Positions 51,685 through 64,000 of a stretch of DNA of 64,000 nt are shown one piece after another. The DNA lies in the NCBI GenBank assembly GCA_044892525.1, contig CM097885.1:36334001-36398000 (forward strand), written 5' to 3'. This DNA comes from Schmidtea polychroa (taxonomy: Eukaryota). The notes beneath the pieces are model-generated. The model did no database searches. It had not been told where the DNA came from and saw nothing but the letters and a program-made list of their open reading frames with translations. Position numbers and translations under genes: made by a program. Position 1 is the first letter of the stretch. Each line of letters begins with the position of its first letter.

Positions 51685-52349
51685 ATCGATGGGGGTTGTT
51701 AATATTTTAATTAATATTTTGTCAACATTAATCATTTTAATAGGAAAACAAAATTCTCGGCTATTACAACTGCCAGTCAAGCGGCGGCAAAACAATCCTA
51801 TATATTTTTATTGAGGTTAAAATCCCCGATTTCATTTTCTCAACGTGTTTTCATCTAATATAAAGGCAGTAATTTTATTTTCCCCAACGTAACCAACAAT
51901 TTATCGAAATATGTAATAATCCATATTAGAAGCAGCTAACACATCTTCTAAATTATTTTTTAAATCCGGTTCAAAAGTTAACGACATAATTTCAAGTATT
52001 TATTATATGACATATTGTATAATTTTAAACAAATTTTCAGTGTTGAATAAAATATTTTCAAAACCATTTATCAAAATTTCAATATTTAAAATATATTTAT
52101 TTAAAAATTTTTCATTAATAAAACTTCTTTTTTAAAAAGCTATTTTAATTTTTAATTCAAAAATTTCAACTTATAAAATCCAATTTAAAAATTATTTAAA
52201 AGTTATTTTAATAGTCAATTATTTACAATTTAAAATTATTTTGATAAATCATTGAAATATTTAATTCTCAGCTGAAAACATCTCACAATCCAATTGTCAA
52301 AATTTTCCCTTGAATTCAATAACTTAATAAATTCTCATGGTTTGGAATT

Positions 52350-53045
52350 TCATTTTTATATTTTGTTTCCAGATCGGAATGTTGAACTCGTTTTTAAAGA
52401 ATTCACGTAATGGTGAATGTAGTTTTTTTATATCAAATTGATCTCGTAGTATAAGTCCAACAGCTTGGAACTTCATCATTCGATTTACTTTTCTTCCAAT
52501 CAACTATCAGAAACTAACCAATAATTGAGAATAGAGTGGTTCTATAATGTACCCTGGTGTTGCGGTTCGAATGCACATCTCAACTCCATTTCAAATTCGT
52601 ATGAAAATTTACCAAACTGAATTTTATTAAGATTTATCAAATCATGAACAGATCTAATAAAATAAATGCAAAGATCTGTCACGTTTTCAGGAAAGATTTT
52701 ACATGATGTAACACAACGAGATTCTACAAACTTATCAATTATTCTTAATTCACATCTATGCTGTTCTACAATACATTACATCAATCTTTGTTTTAATTGT
52801 GGAAATTTCGGCGGCAAACCTCCACCTAATTTTCAAAATTTTCTTTTTTGAATATTCGAATTTTTAGAAGCTTCGATTAATTTATCTTTTTGGCCATGCC
52901 ATTTACTAATGCTACATTCATCTATACTATATTTCTTAGATAAAGTTATAATCCAGATCCTTTCACATTTAATTGATATGAATTTACAATATAAAGTTTA
53001 AACTTCAAAGTGTAGCTCATCCTTAATGATTTTCCATTCGTATGT
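52350..53045 (-). pseudogene. Second decayed, internally deleted pogo-like transposase
   Basis: Minus-strand broken frames SYTLKFKLYIV...ISKWHGQKDKL, GGGLPPKFPQLKQRLM and FQAVGLILRDQFDIKKLHSPL, the last parallel to FSVCGIGLRDSFNVEKLHTPL at ~5695-5755. Confidence 0.65.
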
Positions 53046-53139
53046 TCATGGTTGATAATTGCTTTTGCAGCCAAATTATTTCCCCCCTTTTCTTTCTTAT
53101 TAAACATTTTTTATTGATCAAAAGGATTATTGTATTTTG

Positions 53140-53290
53140 TAGGGTAGGATATCTGAAAAATGAATTTGTTGTCTTACCAACAAACAAACAATTATCAGTG
53201 TGTTCTTTGCAACAACTTGTTTTCAAATGAAGTAATGAAACCGCTAAGGTTGTTTAGGAATTTAGAAAAGATTAATTCTAAAATAAGAAC
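53140..53290 (+). pseudogene. Short Buster/Charlie-type hAT BED-finger fragment
   Basis: YQCVLCNNLFSNEVMKPLRLFRNL resembles the Buster motif QCVLC...LSNE.MKP.KL.RHL. Confidence 0.5.
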
Positions 53291-54450
53291 AATACTAAAA
53301 ATTATAGTACACTTTGTGATCCATCGTTATGGTGGTCAAGAATCTTAGTCCACTACTGAACGAACACACATTAAACAGTAATAAAAGCTGCCAAATAGAT
53401 ATCAAAGGAAACCTCTGAAATACCATGTATTTTGTTTATAAATGGAGAATTTGAAATAAATCTTTTATATACCAAAATTTTGTGAAATATATTGTTTTAG
53501 CATTTTTTAAGATTGAAACTTGTAATAAAATAATCAAAATTATTAATAAGTTAATATTTAACATAATTGAGAAATCTTCATTTATTCATTTCATAAAGCA
53601 CTGTTAAGATTTTTGGTCTAAAATGGGCGTTACTACGTACAACTTAGATTAAAATTCAAAAGAATTTCGGTGCAGCCTTATTTTGAAAAGACCGACGTAA
53701 ATCCTTGCAAAATAAAAATTAATCTAAAATGAAGATAAAATATTTTACTGATATCGCAATTTAGATTTTTAAATCAAACATTACCCTGCTCACTTCATAA
53801 AAATTTTATAGAAAACTTTCATTTTAATGGGAAAACTAAAATGTTTGAAAGAATAATAATTGATTCCAAATGAAAAATATATTATTTTATCCCATAAAAA
53901 CAGGAAAATCGATTCAATGATCAAATATAATCAAATTATTGTATTTTTATGTTTTATTTTGATCTGATCAATTGGTTATTTTACTTTTTCAAGCTCTTTT
54001 TAATAAATTCAATGGGAAAAAATCAGTGGGGAAATTGGAAAAAAGTTCTTATAATATTTTTCAAGTTTAATTGTTTGATAGTTATTTAGTTGTGTTAAGC
54101 ACGTGAGAATTGAAAAATAACTTATAAAACGATTCAAAATAATCACGCGACATTTGTTTATGACATAATTGTTGACAGAATATAACATTTACTAACAAAT
54201 GTCTTTTCCAAACTTAAGAATAGCAATAATAATAATTGGTTAATTAGATTAATTATGTAAAATATTAAGCGTTTATAAATTGAAAATAATAAATTTAGTA
54301 TCTCAATTCGAATGAAATCTGCCCTTCTGAAAATATTAATATTTGACACTTAAAAAACTCAAATAAATTATGTGTTTAAATAATATTGTAAAAAATATAG
54401 TGTTGTTTTGAACTAAATTATTGGATAATTGTTATTTTATGGACGTTATA

Positions 54451-57400
54451 CAGGCCCGACGCTAGAGTATTTGGCGCCCTAGGCAAACTAAAAAAATGGC
54501 GCCTCTAGTCTAGAAACAAACCCAATAATTAAAGAAGTAAATGAAAATAAAATAACTATACTTCATTTATTTATTACACAAAAATATATATAAAAACAAA
54601 AACCATTTAAAATTTAATTTTTCGTGCTTTTAGTTTAGCGAAATCTTCAAGCAGCAACTTCGTATCTATATCACGCGCCATTTCGTGTTCAATCGACAAT
54701 ATTGCTAATCCCACAAGCCGTTCTTGTGACATTGTAGATCTTATATATGTTTTGATCTGTTTAAGCTTCGAAAAGCTTCGTTCACCGCTTGCCACAGAAA
54801 CTGGTAGGGTTAATAAAATTCGCAAAGCAACAAATATATTTGGAACGCTGTCCACTATATTATTTTTACAAATATAATTAAGTACATCTTCCGGCAATAA
54901 GTTTTTTGGAATATGTCTAGCTATAAATATCAATTCGTTCAATAAATCTGTACCATCAATATCTTTAGAATCATCGTGCCGTAAAAAATTTTCCAGTTTA
55001 AGACAATCCTCTAATATTTTCTTTGACGAAATATATTGCAAATTATGTATGTTGTATAGAAATCCAAATGTTGAATTTATCGTTGACATTTGGGTGAATC
55101 TTTGCTCAACAGATTTTAAAGCTCTATCCAAAACTGCGAAGTAAAAGCTGATCTTAAATTTTTCTTTTGGGTTCTGAATGGGCTCATCGTTGGCTTCATA
55201 TTCGAACTGTTTTTTTTGTTTTCTGATACGCTGAGTTTGTTTAAAGATTGGGGAAATTTCTGATTCTTCAGCAAGTTCTCGCGCATCTACCAATATTCTT
55301 TCAAAACCTTCATCATTTCGGGAGTTGAATAGAAATTTTTTGGTATCTTCTAGTAGCTTCATAGCATCTTGAATATTAATTTTCTCAGATTGAAGTTGTT
55401 TGCTTGTAATATTTATGTTGAAAAGAATATCATACCAGATAATAACAGAAACTACAAACTCGAAATTCGAAATAGCTTTAGCAAGGCCCTGTGCTTCTAT
55501 ACGTGAAGTATTACCAGAAACTCCTGTTTGAGAAGTATCTTGAAAAATATCAATAAGTGCAGCAATAACTTTACTTAGCTGATAGCGTAGAGGTTTAAGG
55601 GCATCGATTCGGCTCTCCCATCTTGTATCGCTCAATGGCTTCACTGTCAAGTTTGAAGCATGACGTTTTAAAACTTCCCATCGACGTGTTGAAGCGGCAA
55701 AATAGACATATATTCGTTGCACTAACATAAAAAATGATGTAGCATCTAAACAACAGCTTACAGCGTCATTAACAACCAGATTCAAAGAATGCGCAGAACA
55801 AGGAACAAATAGTGCTCGTGGATTTAGATTCAGAATTCGCCGTTGCACGCCATTTTCTTTGCCTTTCATATTGCTACCATTATCGTATCCTTGGCCACGC
55901 AAGTTCTCAATAGGTAATGACATATCTGCTAACATCTGAACGATTTCATCGGTCATACCAGCACCAGTTGTATCTGTTAGTTTCACAAATCCCAAAAATG
56001 TTCTCTTATGCATATGGGATCTAAATCACAATTTTCTGTATTTGTATGGACAAAACGAATAATCAACGTCATTTGTTCAGTATGGCTAACGTCTGGTGTG
56101 CAATTCAGGATTATTGAAAAATATTTAGCCATGGAAATCGATTTTAAAATTTTTGTTTTAATACTCTTAGATAAAAGTTGTATTAACTCATTCTGAATAT
56201 CTTTTCCCAAATAATGAACTTGTGTTTCATTGTTCTTTATTCTGCGAAGATGCTCACCCATAATTGGATCAAAAGAGGCCAAATATTCTACAAAGCTAAG
56301 GAAGTTTCCATTTCCAGGAGAATACAATTTTTCATTGCTTCCGCGAAATGCAATATTTTGCGTAGCAAGCACTTTAACTAGACCTATAAGACGCTCTAAG
56401 ACTTGTTGCCAGTGTCTCTCTTCTTGTTTTATGAGACGCAAATTATCCTGGTCAATAGTTTTATTCTTTTTTAAACGCAATTCTAGCTCCTTCCAAGTTT
56501 GAAAATTAATTAAATGATCCTTATTTTTCTCATGTCTTTCTAAAATTACAGACATATTTTTCCAATCGCTTGATCCTTTATCGGAGAGATGTATTACACG
56601 CTGGTTATTATTAAAAATTTTGCAACAAAAGCAGAAAGCCGAATTAGTTGTTTTGGAATACTGTAGCCAATGACGCCGCATTTCTTCTCCATTTGCAAGT
56701 CTCCTTCTATAAAAATTCATTGAAAATTTTCTATGGCTCTCATTTTGAGGAAAATCAAATTCTTCAATTTGTTCTGGTCCGTGTTCAACCAAAATTTGCC
56801 TCAAACGGCCAGAACGTAAGTCATGTGAATTTAACCAAGTTGCCGGATCACTATAATCAAGACTCGAATTTACGCTTTCTAATATTTCCAAAGTTTCATT
56901 AATTAAAATTTCTTCAGTGTCTTCTATAGTTTCTAATACAATTTCTTCTATAGGTTCTTCAACAGTTTCTTCAATTGTTTCAACTTCAGTTTCTTCTATA
57001 GTTTCTTCCACATTCGTATGTGGAAACTCAGTCAAAATAGGCACCTCTGCATTTCTAGTTGTAGAGTTCCTATCCATTTGCTCTTCCAAATTGCAGTATA
57101 CTTGTTTTCTCGGAGTCATTTCATTTCGATTTTTATCTTGTGATTGTTGACGACAAATATATTTCAGAAAAGCACCTTCTTGCTTTTTTTCTTCATTTTT
57201 CTTTTCAGCTTTACGTTTTCTATTTTGTGCGCCAGATAATTTTTTTCTATCTGCCATTATGCTACCTCAAGTAAAAATTAATAGAATATAATAGATTTAA
57301 TAATAGGTGTAGAAAAATCCAATATAAATTAAATTACTGTGTTGTATATATGTAAAAATTATACTGGAAGTACGACCGAAATTATATATACTTTAAATAA

Positions 57401-57732
57401 AAAAAATTTGAGCCCTGCACTAATTAAATTTTATTTTTTTTTTCACTTTCTGTTTATTTATTTTTTAACTTTTTTAACATTTACTTTAGTCTTTTAAAAC
57501 TTTACTGCATGTGACTTTATTCTTTTAAAATAAAACTAAAAATTATTGCGTAATTTAAAAAAATTTCAGAGCATGCTATATGCTAAATTTTTTTTAAAAC
57601 CGCTTTTCAGTTAACTTTTTTGAACTTGCAAAATATTTTTTTAAATCGATTTTCCGTTGTATTTTTTTAAATTTTAAAAGAAATAAGTAATCGGTATCGG
57701 ACTAAAACAACGATGGAATTACATGTTTTACG

Positions 57733-57782
<50 letters not shown>

Positions 57783-57932
57783 AATTCATACATATGTATA
57801 TATCAATATAAAGATAGAAAGTTTATAAAATATTTAATTTACTTGATAAAAAAAGCAGAACTATTTGGCGCCCGCTTGTAAATCGGCGCCCTAGGCTGCT
57901 GCCGACGTCGCCTATGCCTAAAACCGGGCCTG
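54451..57932 (-). mobile_element. Full-length hAT DNA transposon (ZMYM1-like transposase)
   Basis: TIRs CAGGCCCG / CGGGCCTG, subterminal GGCGCC(CTAGGC) motifs and perfect 8-bp TSD ACGTTATA. Confidence 0.95.
54607..57257 (-). pseudogene. hAT transposase (TTF-type zinc finger, DUF4371 region, dimerisation domain) split by one frameshift near 55995
   Basis: Two overlapping ORFs: WLQYSK...AFCFCCK..F, AFRG, GNGNFL, then RGQGYDNGSNMKG, CSAHSLNL, TRWESR, LPVSVASGERSFSKLKQIKTYIRSTMSQERL. Confidence 0.9.
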
Positions 57933-58139
57933 ACGTTATACATACGAAATTCACAGTAACTAATATTAAATATTATATAAATATTTACAGAGCTATTATA
58001 GCCCATCCATATTGTTGGAAATTTGAACCATATACGCTCGTGTCTCGTGTGATTAAGTGGCTTGGAGAGTTGATTCGAATATTGAGTCAATTTTCCATAA
58101 AGTAATAGTAATTATGAGTCTTTTTAAAAGATAATTAAT

Positions 58140-58600
58140 AAAAAAAGGCCTGTGAAAGCTAAATCAACTCCGAATCATCATCGAGCCATGGATATGATTG
58201 ATGCAGCGATTAAATCAAGCCATGATTGCACTGGATTGTCGTTGAATTTAATTAAAAAATTTATGAAACAAAATATCACCAATAATAGACAATTTTGGCG
58301 TTGTGCGCTTATTCACGAAATTTAAGTGAAGAGCTTTGATTCGTGTAGGTGATAAAGAAAAAAGAAGCTTCAAGTTCCCACCAAAGAAAGACGTCAGTAA
58401 AATAGAATTAGTTGAAGATGTCGTGAAAAAGCGAAACCGGGAGAAAACTGTTGAAGAAGTCGATGGTAAGGATTGTTACGGAAAAGTCTATTAAAATAGT
58501 CGAAAAATGTTTGCAGAGAACAACGAAGTGAAAGCTGAAAAGGCGGTTACAAGCTATTAAGAAGTTGCTGGTAAGAGGACAAGCTGAAAAAAAGATTTAT
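58140..58600 (+). pseudogene. Linker histone H1/H5-like pseudogene
   Basis: KAKSTPNHHRAMDMIDAAIKSSHDCTGLSLNLIKKFMKQN...ALIHEI*, then after a frameshift LIRVGDKEKRSFKFPPKK and a K/E-rich tail: H15 winged-helix pattern, no introns, with stops. Confidence 0.65.
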
Positions 58601-59281
58601 GCTTAACATTTTAATCTGTGTTTACCGAGAAAAATTCAACGAAAGATGTGGTGAAGTTGAACGCATATTCATAGGTAATAAGGGAAGACATCATTGAATC
58701 TGTGGGATTTTGAGTATGGGAAAGAATGGGTTTCGACAGAATGAGTACCCAACATGACTATTGTATTTCACAAATGAACTTGATAAATATTAGTTAGACC
58801 AAAAGTTTAAACATTAAAAAATTCAGAATTTGTATAATTATTACTCTAATTAATATAAGTTTCAGACTATAAATTTTCGCCTATATTGCTAATCTTTATA
58901 AATTTTTATGTAGTGTTCAAAACAATAATTTCTGAATGTGATATTTTATCATAAACATGTATAGTATCTCAGAAGATTTTGAAAATTGTAATATAGTAAA
59001 TTTACAATATTTTCTATATTAAATTAGTGATGCGAATATTATTTATTATTATTACTGAACTTTGTTTTTAGACAGAAATAAATGTTTTTTTAGGTTAATT
59101 ATATCAGTTTATATATATATATATATATATACTCAATTCAGTTTTTATGCGATAGATACGTTCCACAGAAAAAGCATTAATAAATCGCATAAAATCTAAT
59201 AGATAACCAAAAGATCGCATAAAAAGATTGATGCTACCCTTTCTGGAGTGGATCATGGAGGGTATATAAAAGTGTTTGAAG

Positions 59282-59384
<103 letters not shown>

Positions 59385-60390
59385 ATGTGTTTTGCAATAA
59401 TTAATATTAAATTAAAAAAAAATTATTTCTGTGTTCAAAACAAGAGTTCTTAAAGTGCGCCACGAGGTTTTTAAAAAAACTTACAAAATTATAACAACAT
59501 TCTTATATAATTCCTTAACTTTATTGAGAGATATTTAGCAAAAAGTAAATATATTTGTAATTTAATAAATATCTAATTACATATCTAATTAGTTTACTTG
59601 AGTAAATGTTATAGAATCATAAAATATCGTATTTATTGTTAAAGTTTAACTGTATTAAAATAAATTATATAAAGTTGATTGTGTAAATGGAAAATTTTTA
59701 GGTGTGTCACAAAAAATCTTCCTTGAAGTTAATGTGTCGTAACTTAGCCCAATTTGAGAACTACATAACAAGACAAATTGACTACAGCCATTTTTAAAGA
59801 TTAAATGTTTACACTCTTCCACCATATATAACAGTTACTGCAACGGTACTCAGATTCAAAAGGCTTAACACAATTCACTACTTTGCATTCATAATATTCC
59901 ATTCATCTTTTATGTAAATTCTGGTATCGCGTGTTACAAGAAAAGTTACATTAATTTTACAAAACCGGCTAAAAAATAAAGACATCTTACAAAATTGAAA
60001 ATAAGTTGAGTATAAATAAGTTATCATATTACGATATAGAATTATGAGATTAAAAACTAGTTTTTCGTTTATTAAAATATGCATAAATCTTGAACGTGTA
60101 TAATCTACATTGTAGATACAAATAAACCTTCACTTAACAGCTGCAAAAATCTCCACGTTTTTAAAATTGAAATTCTCTTGTTTTTAATTATATAAATTGG
60201 ATATCTTTAAACATAAATGTAATAATAGAAGCAAGTAGCATGAGTCGGTCATTATAAAAATGTGCAAATCAATTTAATTTATGAGCAAAATATATAAAAA
60301 CGTTTGTTATTTACAATTCATGCACATTTCGTTACGAAAATTTAATATTTTAATAATATCAGCATTAACAACTTTATAGTTTTATTACAA

Positions 60391-60930
60391 TCTTCTAATA
60401 TATAAAGATGAAAGTTTGTTTGTTTGTTACCCATAGAATTCCCCACCGTTGGACCTAGGGTGCTGAAATTTTGCATGTGACCCTCATTTGACTCGGGACA
60501 GGTCATAGGCTATGTTTCACCCCAAGATGACCACCCCTAGGGTACACTAAGTCAGTTGGCTTGTCTGCCCGGTCAGCAATTTACCATATAAATAATATTT
60601 TATTATATGTTTGCTACTTGCAGTTGAAAGTAATATAATTTAGTCAAAAGTTTTCAAGGCAGAATTCAAACATGAAGAATTTGAATTTTATTTGATTAGT
60701 GAACTAGTTTGCAATTGGAAAAATATTGCCAGTTATTTTTCGATTTAAATTGGAGTGCGTTTTCGATTTTTTCAAATTGAAATTTATTTTGAAAGCTTTT
60801 CTTATTGTGAATTAAACATGGAATTGAAGCTGTTATAAAATTAATACTGGAACGTAATAACATCATTGAACAAAAATTAATTTAAATGAATTATAATGTA
60901 AACTCGGGCGAAGCCGGCTACAACCGCTAG
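60391..60930 (+). mobile_element. Non-autonomous Helitron
   Basis: Inserted between A and T without TSD. 5' end TCTTCTAATATATAAAG..(GTTT)n; 3' GC-rich hairpin-like CGGGCGAAGCCGG followed by CTAG. Confidence 0.85.
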
Positions 60931-62165
60931 TGTTATATATAAATTTCTCAAATTTTCACTTTTCTGTCATTTGATTAATTTGATTAAAATAATTTTTATA
61001 ATAAGAATTTTACTCATTTGACTATTTTAAATGACTGATTATCAATTAAAATTTGATTTAATAATATTCTTAAAGCTTCAGCTATTGAATTTTCTTGGAT
61101 ATACACGCAATTTTTAGATTTATTTTTGAAAAATTAATTAAAATTCCTCAAAAAAAATTTCAAAAATACCGCATTTTCAGGTATTTATAAAAAGATCTCG
61201 CGGTATTTGCGGAAAATACGTTAATATCTTGCGTTTTATAAATATCTATTTTATGCCAAGGCATTATTAAAATCTTTATTAATCACACGAAATTATTTTG
61301 AAATAAATGAAAATTTTTTTTATTATTTCTCTTTAACTAAAATAAATATATATATTTGAAAAATGATGGGAAAAAATTAGATTTTATATTTCTTTTCCGA
61401 ATTTTTCATGGTTTCTTTTGTCAATGCACGATTTTATGGTTTTAAACAACTGTGAATTATATAAATTTTTATTTTAATATTCGGGTTCAAATATTTTAGA
61501 AATATCGCAGGTCGAAAACTTTTAAATACACAAGTAAAAAATGACAAAGATCAAATTCCAAAATGAAATTGAGATAAAGGTTAGTTTTACGCAAGTATTT
61601 CTATATTTGGCTTTGTAATCACTCATGCAGCGTTTTTTATGACAAAACCTTTGATAAACACAATCAAATGTTAAAACTTTACCTGTATTCCGAGATTTAA
61701 GGATCACAAAAATCTTAATTCAATTGTAAGTCATTGTAAATATAAGATCAACAAATAAATACGTAAGAAAATATAAAATTTTAAAAACTAACAGCGAAGC
61801 AGTAAAATAATAAAAATAAATATTATACATCCCATTTCCAAAATAATAATTATCTTAGAATTAAAGCATTACTAACGTGAAATAAAGGAAGGGAAAAATA
61901 AATACTACTCGATTTTCCTAATTTATAGACAAAAGAATCGGTTACAATAACGATTCAATTTCAAGTGTCTTACGGAAGGATTCTGACTCTAGATGAGAAT
62001 ATATAAAATCATGAATTAACACATGAAATCATGAGTATTACCTTATTAAAATATCAGTTATCCTAAAGGTTTATGTAAAATGTGCATCACACAATGAAAG
62101 CATAATGTTTATAGGAAGTTTTTAAGGGATTTTTAATATAATTAAGTGAAATTGTTCTACAAGAC

Positions 62166-62616
62166 CAGTGTTGTCCAAACATTTTTGAGCCACGGCACAC
62201 TTGGCTGAATTAATAATTTTCGCGGCACACCTAAATTTTTTTTTGCTTTATTTGCAATTTTTTATTGCACTTTTACTAATCTTTTAATAAGAAATGATAA
62301 TAATCATAACTCCTGCGTCTTTACTTGTTTGAACTAAAAATCTCTTCATGGTTACACTAAAAAATATTATTATTTAATATTTAAGATTCTAAATAAACAT
62401 AATTAAGCTGCTTACGTATTTTAGATAGTCAATATTTCTAGTAAGAAATATAAATATGATTGTAAACCAATAAATTTCGCTCTTAATTGACTGATTAACA
62501 TTTAAATTTGAAATAACTGTTAAAATATCCACAATTCAATTTCCTTTTATTAAGTTGTTTGGAAAAACAGGGTTTTTTTTAAAAAAATTTCACGGCACAC
62601 AGTTTGGACAACACTG
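62166..62616. mobile_element. hAT-type MITE, family A copy 2
   Basis: TIRs CAGTGTTGTCCAAAC / GTTTGGACAACACTG, 8-bp TSD TACAAGAC, collinear with 2382-2793. Confidence 0.93.
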
Positions 62617-62779
62617 TACAAGACTGTCTAACCAATTCTCGAACAGTAGAAAGTAGGGATTTCTTACTTTTTTACAAATACATGACATGTTTTTATCTTA
62701 TTACCTTTTATTTACGGAAATCCATAACTGTGCACGATTTTTAATTAATAATTCTAATTTATAACGAAAAGTTGATTAA

Positions 62780-62963
62780 CCCCTTTACCGTGTGTTACGA
62801 GTTAACTCGTCATCAGATGTTAAAGTCTTCTGTGTGCCGTGCATCCCGAGTAAACTCGTGTTAATACGATAATAGCATAGGAATTTTCACTTAAAAACAT
62901 TTTATTTTGCCAGGACAACATAAGATATCAAATTATGAAAGAAAAAATACACGGTAAAGGGGG
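62780..62963. mobile_element. piggyBac-like MITE
   Basis: TTAA|CCCCTTTACCGTG ... CACGGTAAAGGGGG|TTAC, with internal palindrome ACGAGTTAACTCGT. The right TSD is degenerate. Confidence 0.7.
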
Positions 62964-64000
62964 TTACTCTTTGTCATTTTAGTTATTAGAATCAAAAATT
63001 AATAGGTTTTAAAATAACCCTATTTAAGTTTAGTTTCATTAACATAATATATCGTTTAGATATAAAGGAATCATTGAAATTTTTAGTTGTCTCTGAAAAC
63101 CTTTTTCATATACTAATTTTCCATATTTTTAATCCATTATAGAAAATATTTGCTTACAACTAAATAGTCTCAGAAGGATATTTTATCATAAATATGTATA
63201 GTATCTCAGAAGATTTTGAAAATTGTAATATATTAAATCGTTGATGCAAATATTATTTATTATTATTATCACTGATCTTTGTTCTTTGACAGAAATAAAT
63301 AATTTTTTGGTTAATTATATCAGTTAAATATAATTATATTATAAATTTTTATTAAATTGTCACATTACCTACTACAAAATAATAGATAAAACCAACCTAC
63401 AAATTCGGTCTTAATCACTTAAAAAGTATTTAATGAAAACTAAACATCGTTCTTAAAACAAATTGACTAGAAATTAACAGTTTACCCAACAATATTATAT
63501 ATTATATTCGTGAGTATCAAAAGACTATCAATATATAAACTGATCAAGTCTTCAAGCTCTTTTTTAATAAATTCAATGGAAAAAAAATCAGTGGTGAAAT
63601 TGGAAAAAAAAGTTCTTATAACAATATATATACACCTAATTCTGTTTTTACACGAATTAAAAAGAATTTTTTTTCTCTCTTTTTTCAGGAATTGCTTTGT
63701 TTTAACACGATTTTCAATATTCTATGAATTTTTTTTTTGATGTTCTATTAATTTTTTTTATTTTCATTTTTCACAAATTATGTATACATTTTAACTTCGC
63801 ATTATATTCTTCAGAATTCAGTTAGATTATGCGTATGTTTTCTCTTTGGGTGGATTCTCCGAAATATACATAAAGTAAAAACGTAATGTACTTTGTATAC
63901 AATTTAGTTTGGTTTTGAGAATTGAAAAGAAAAGACGTTTAGTTGTTGTGAATGTTTAACAAGTTATAAGTAAAATAAGGTGCTCGTATAGATTTATTAA

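Noticed and set aside
55983..56013. Programmed ribosomal frameshift joining the two hAT ORFs
   Set aside because: No canonical X XXY YYZ slippery heptamer; a single-base homopolymer deletion or sequencing error explains it.

Overview
AT-rich eukaryotic (probably invertebrate animal) genomic DNA with very short spliceosomal introns (mostly 40-55 nt). I rebuilt three host genes by hand from split exons: the 3' part of a phosphoacetylglucosamine mutase (PGM3-like, +), a SAGA subunit SPT20-like gene (-) and a TTC4/Cns1-like TPR co-chaperone (-). There is also a linker-histone H1-like pseudogene. Most of the rest is transposable elements. (1) A young 14.6-kb LTR element (1662-bp near-identical LTRs, CTAT TSD, tRNA-Pro PBS) encodes only a four-knuckle Gag and seems to carry a decayed antisense gene. 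(2) A 2.27-kb mini LTR element (168-bp AGT..ACT LTRs, GTCTA TSD) has one intact ORF holding RNase H and integrase but no Gag, protease or RT core. (3) A full-length hAT element has a frameshift and a D->N catalytic change. (4) An unclassified 3.5-kb non-coding TIR element sits in a GT-biased repeat block that ends in a diverged relative of the large LTR. Pogo, Chapaev3, MULE and hAT relics, four hAT MITEs with perfect 8-bp TSDs, a piggyBac-like MITE and a non-autonomous Helitron make up the remainder. All family calls come from motif recognition; no database searches were run.
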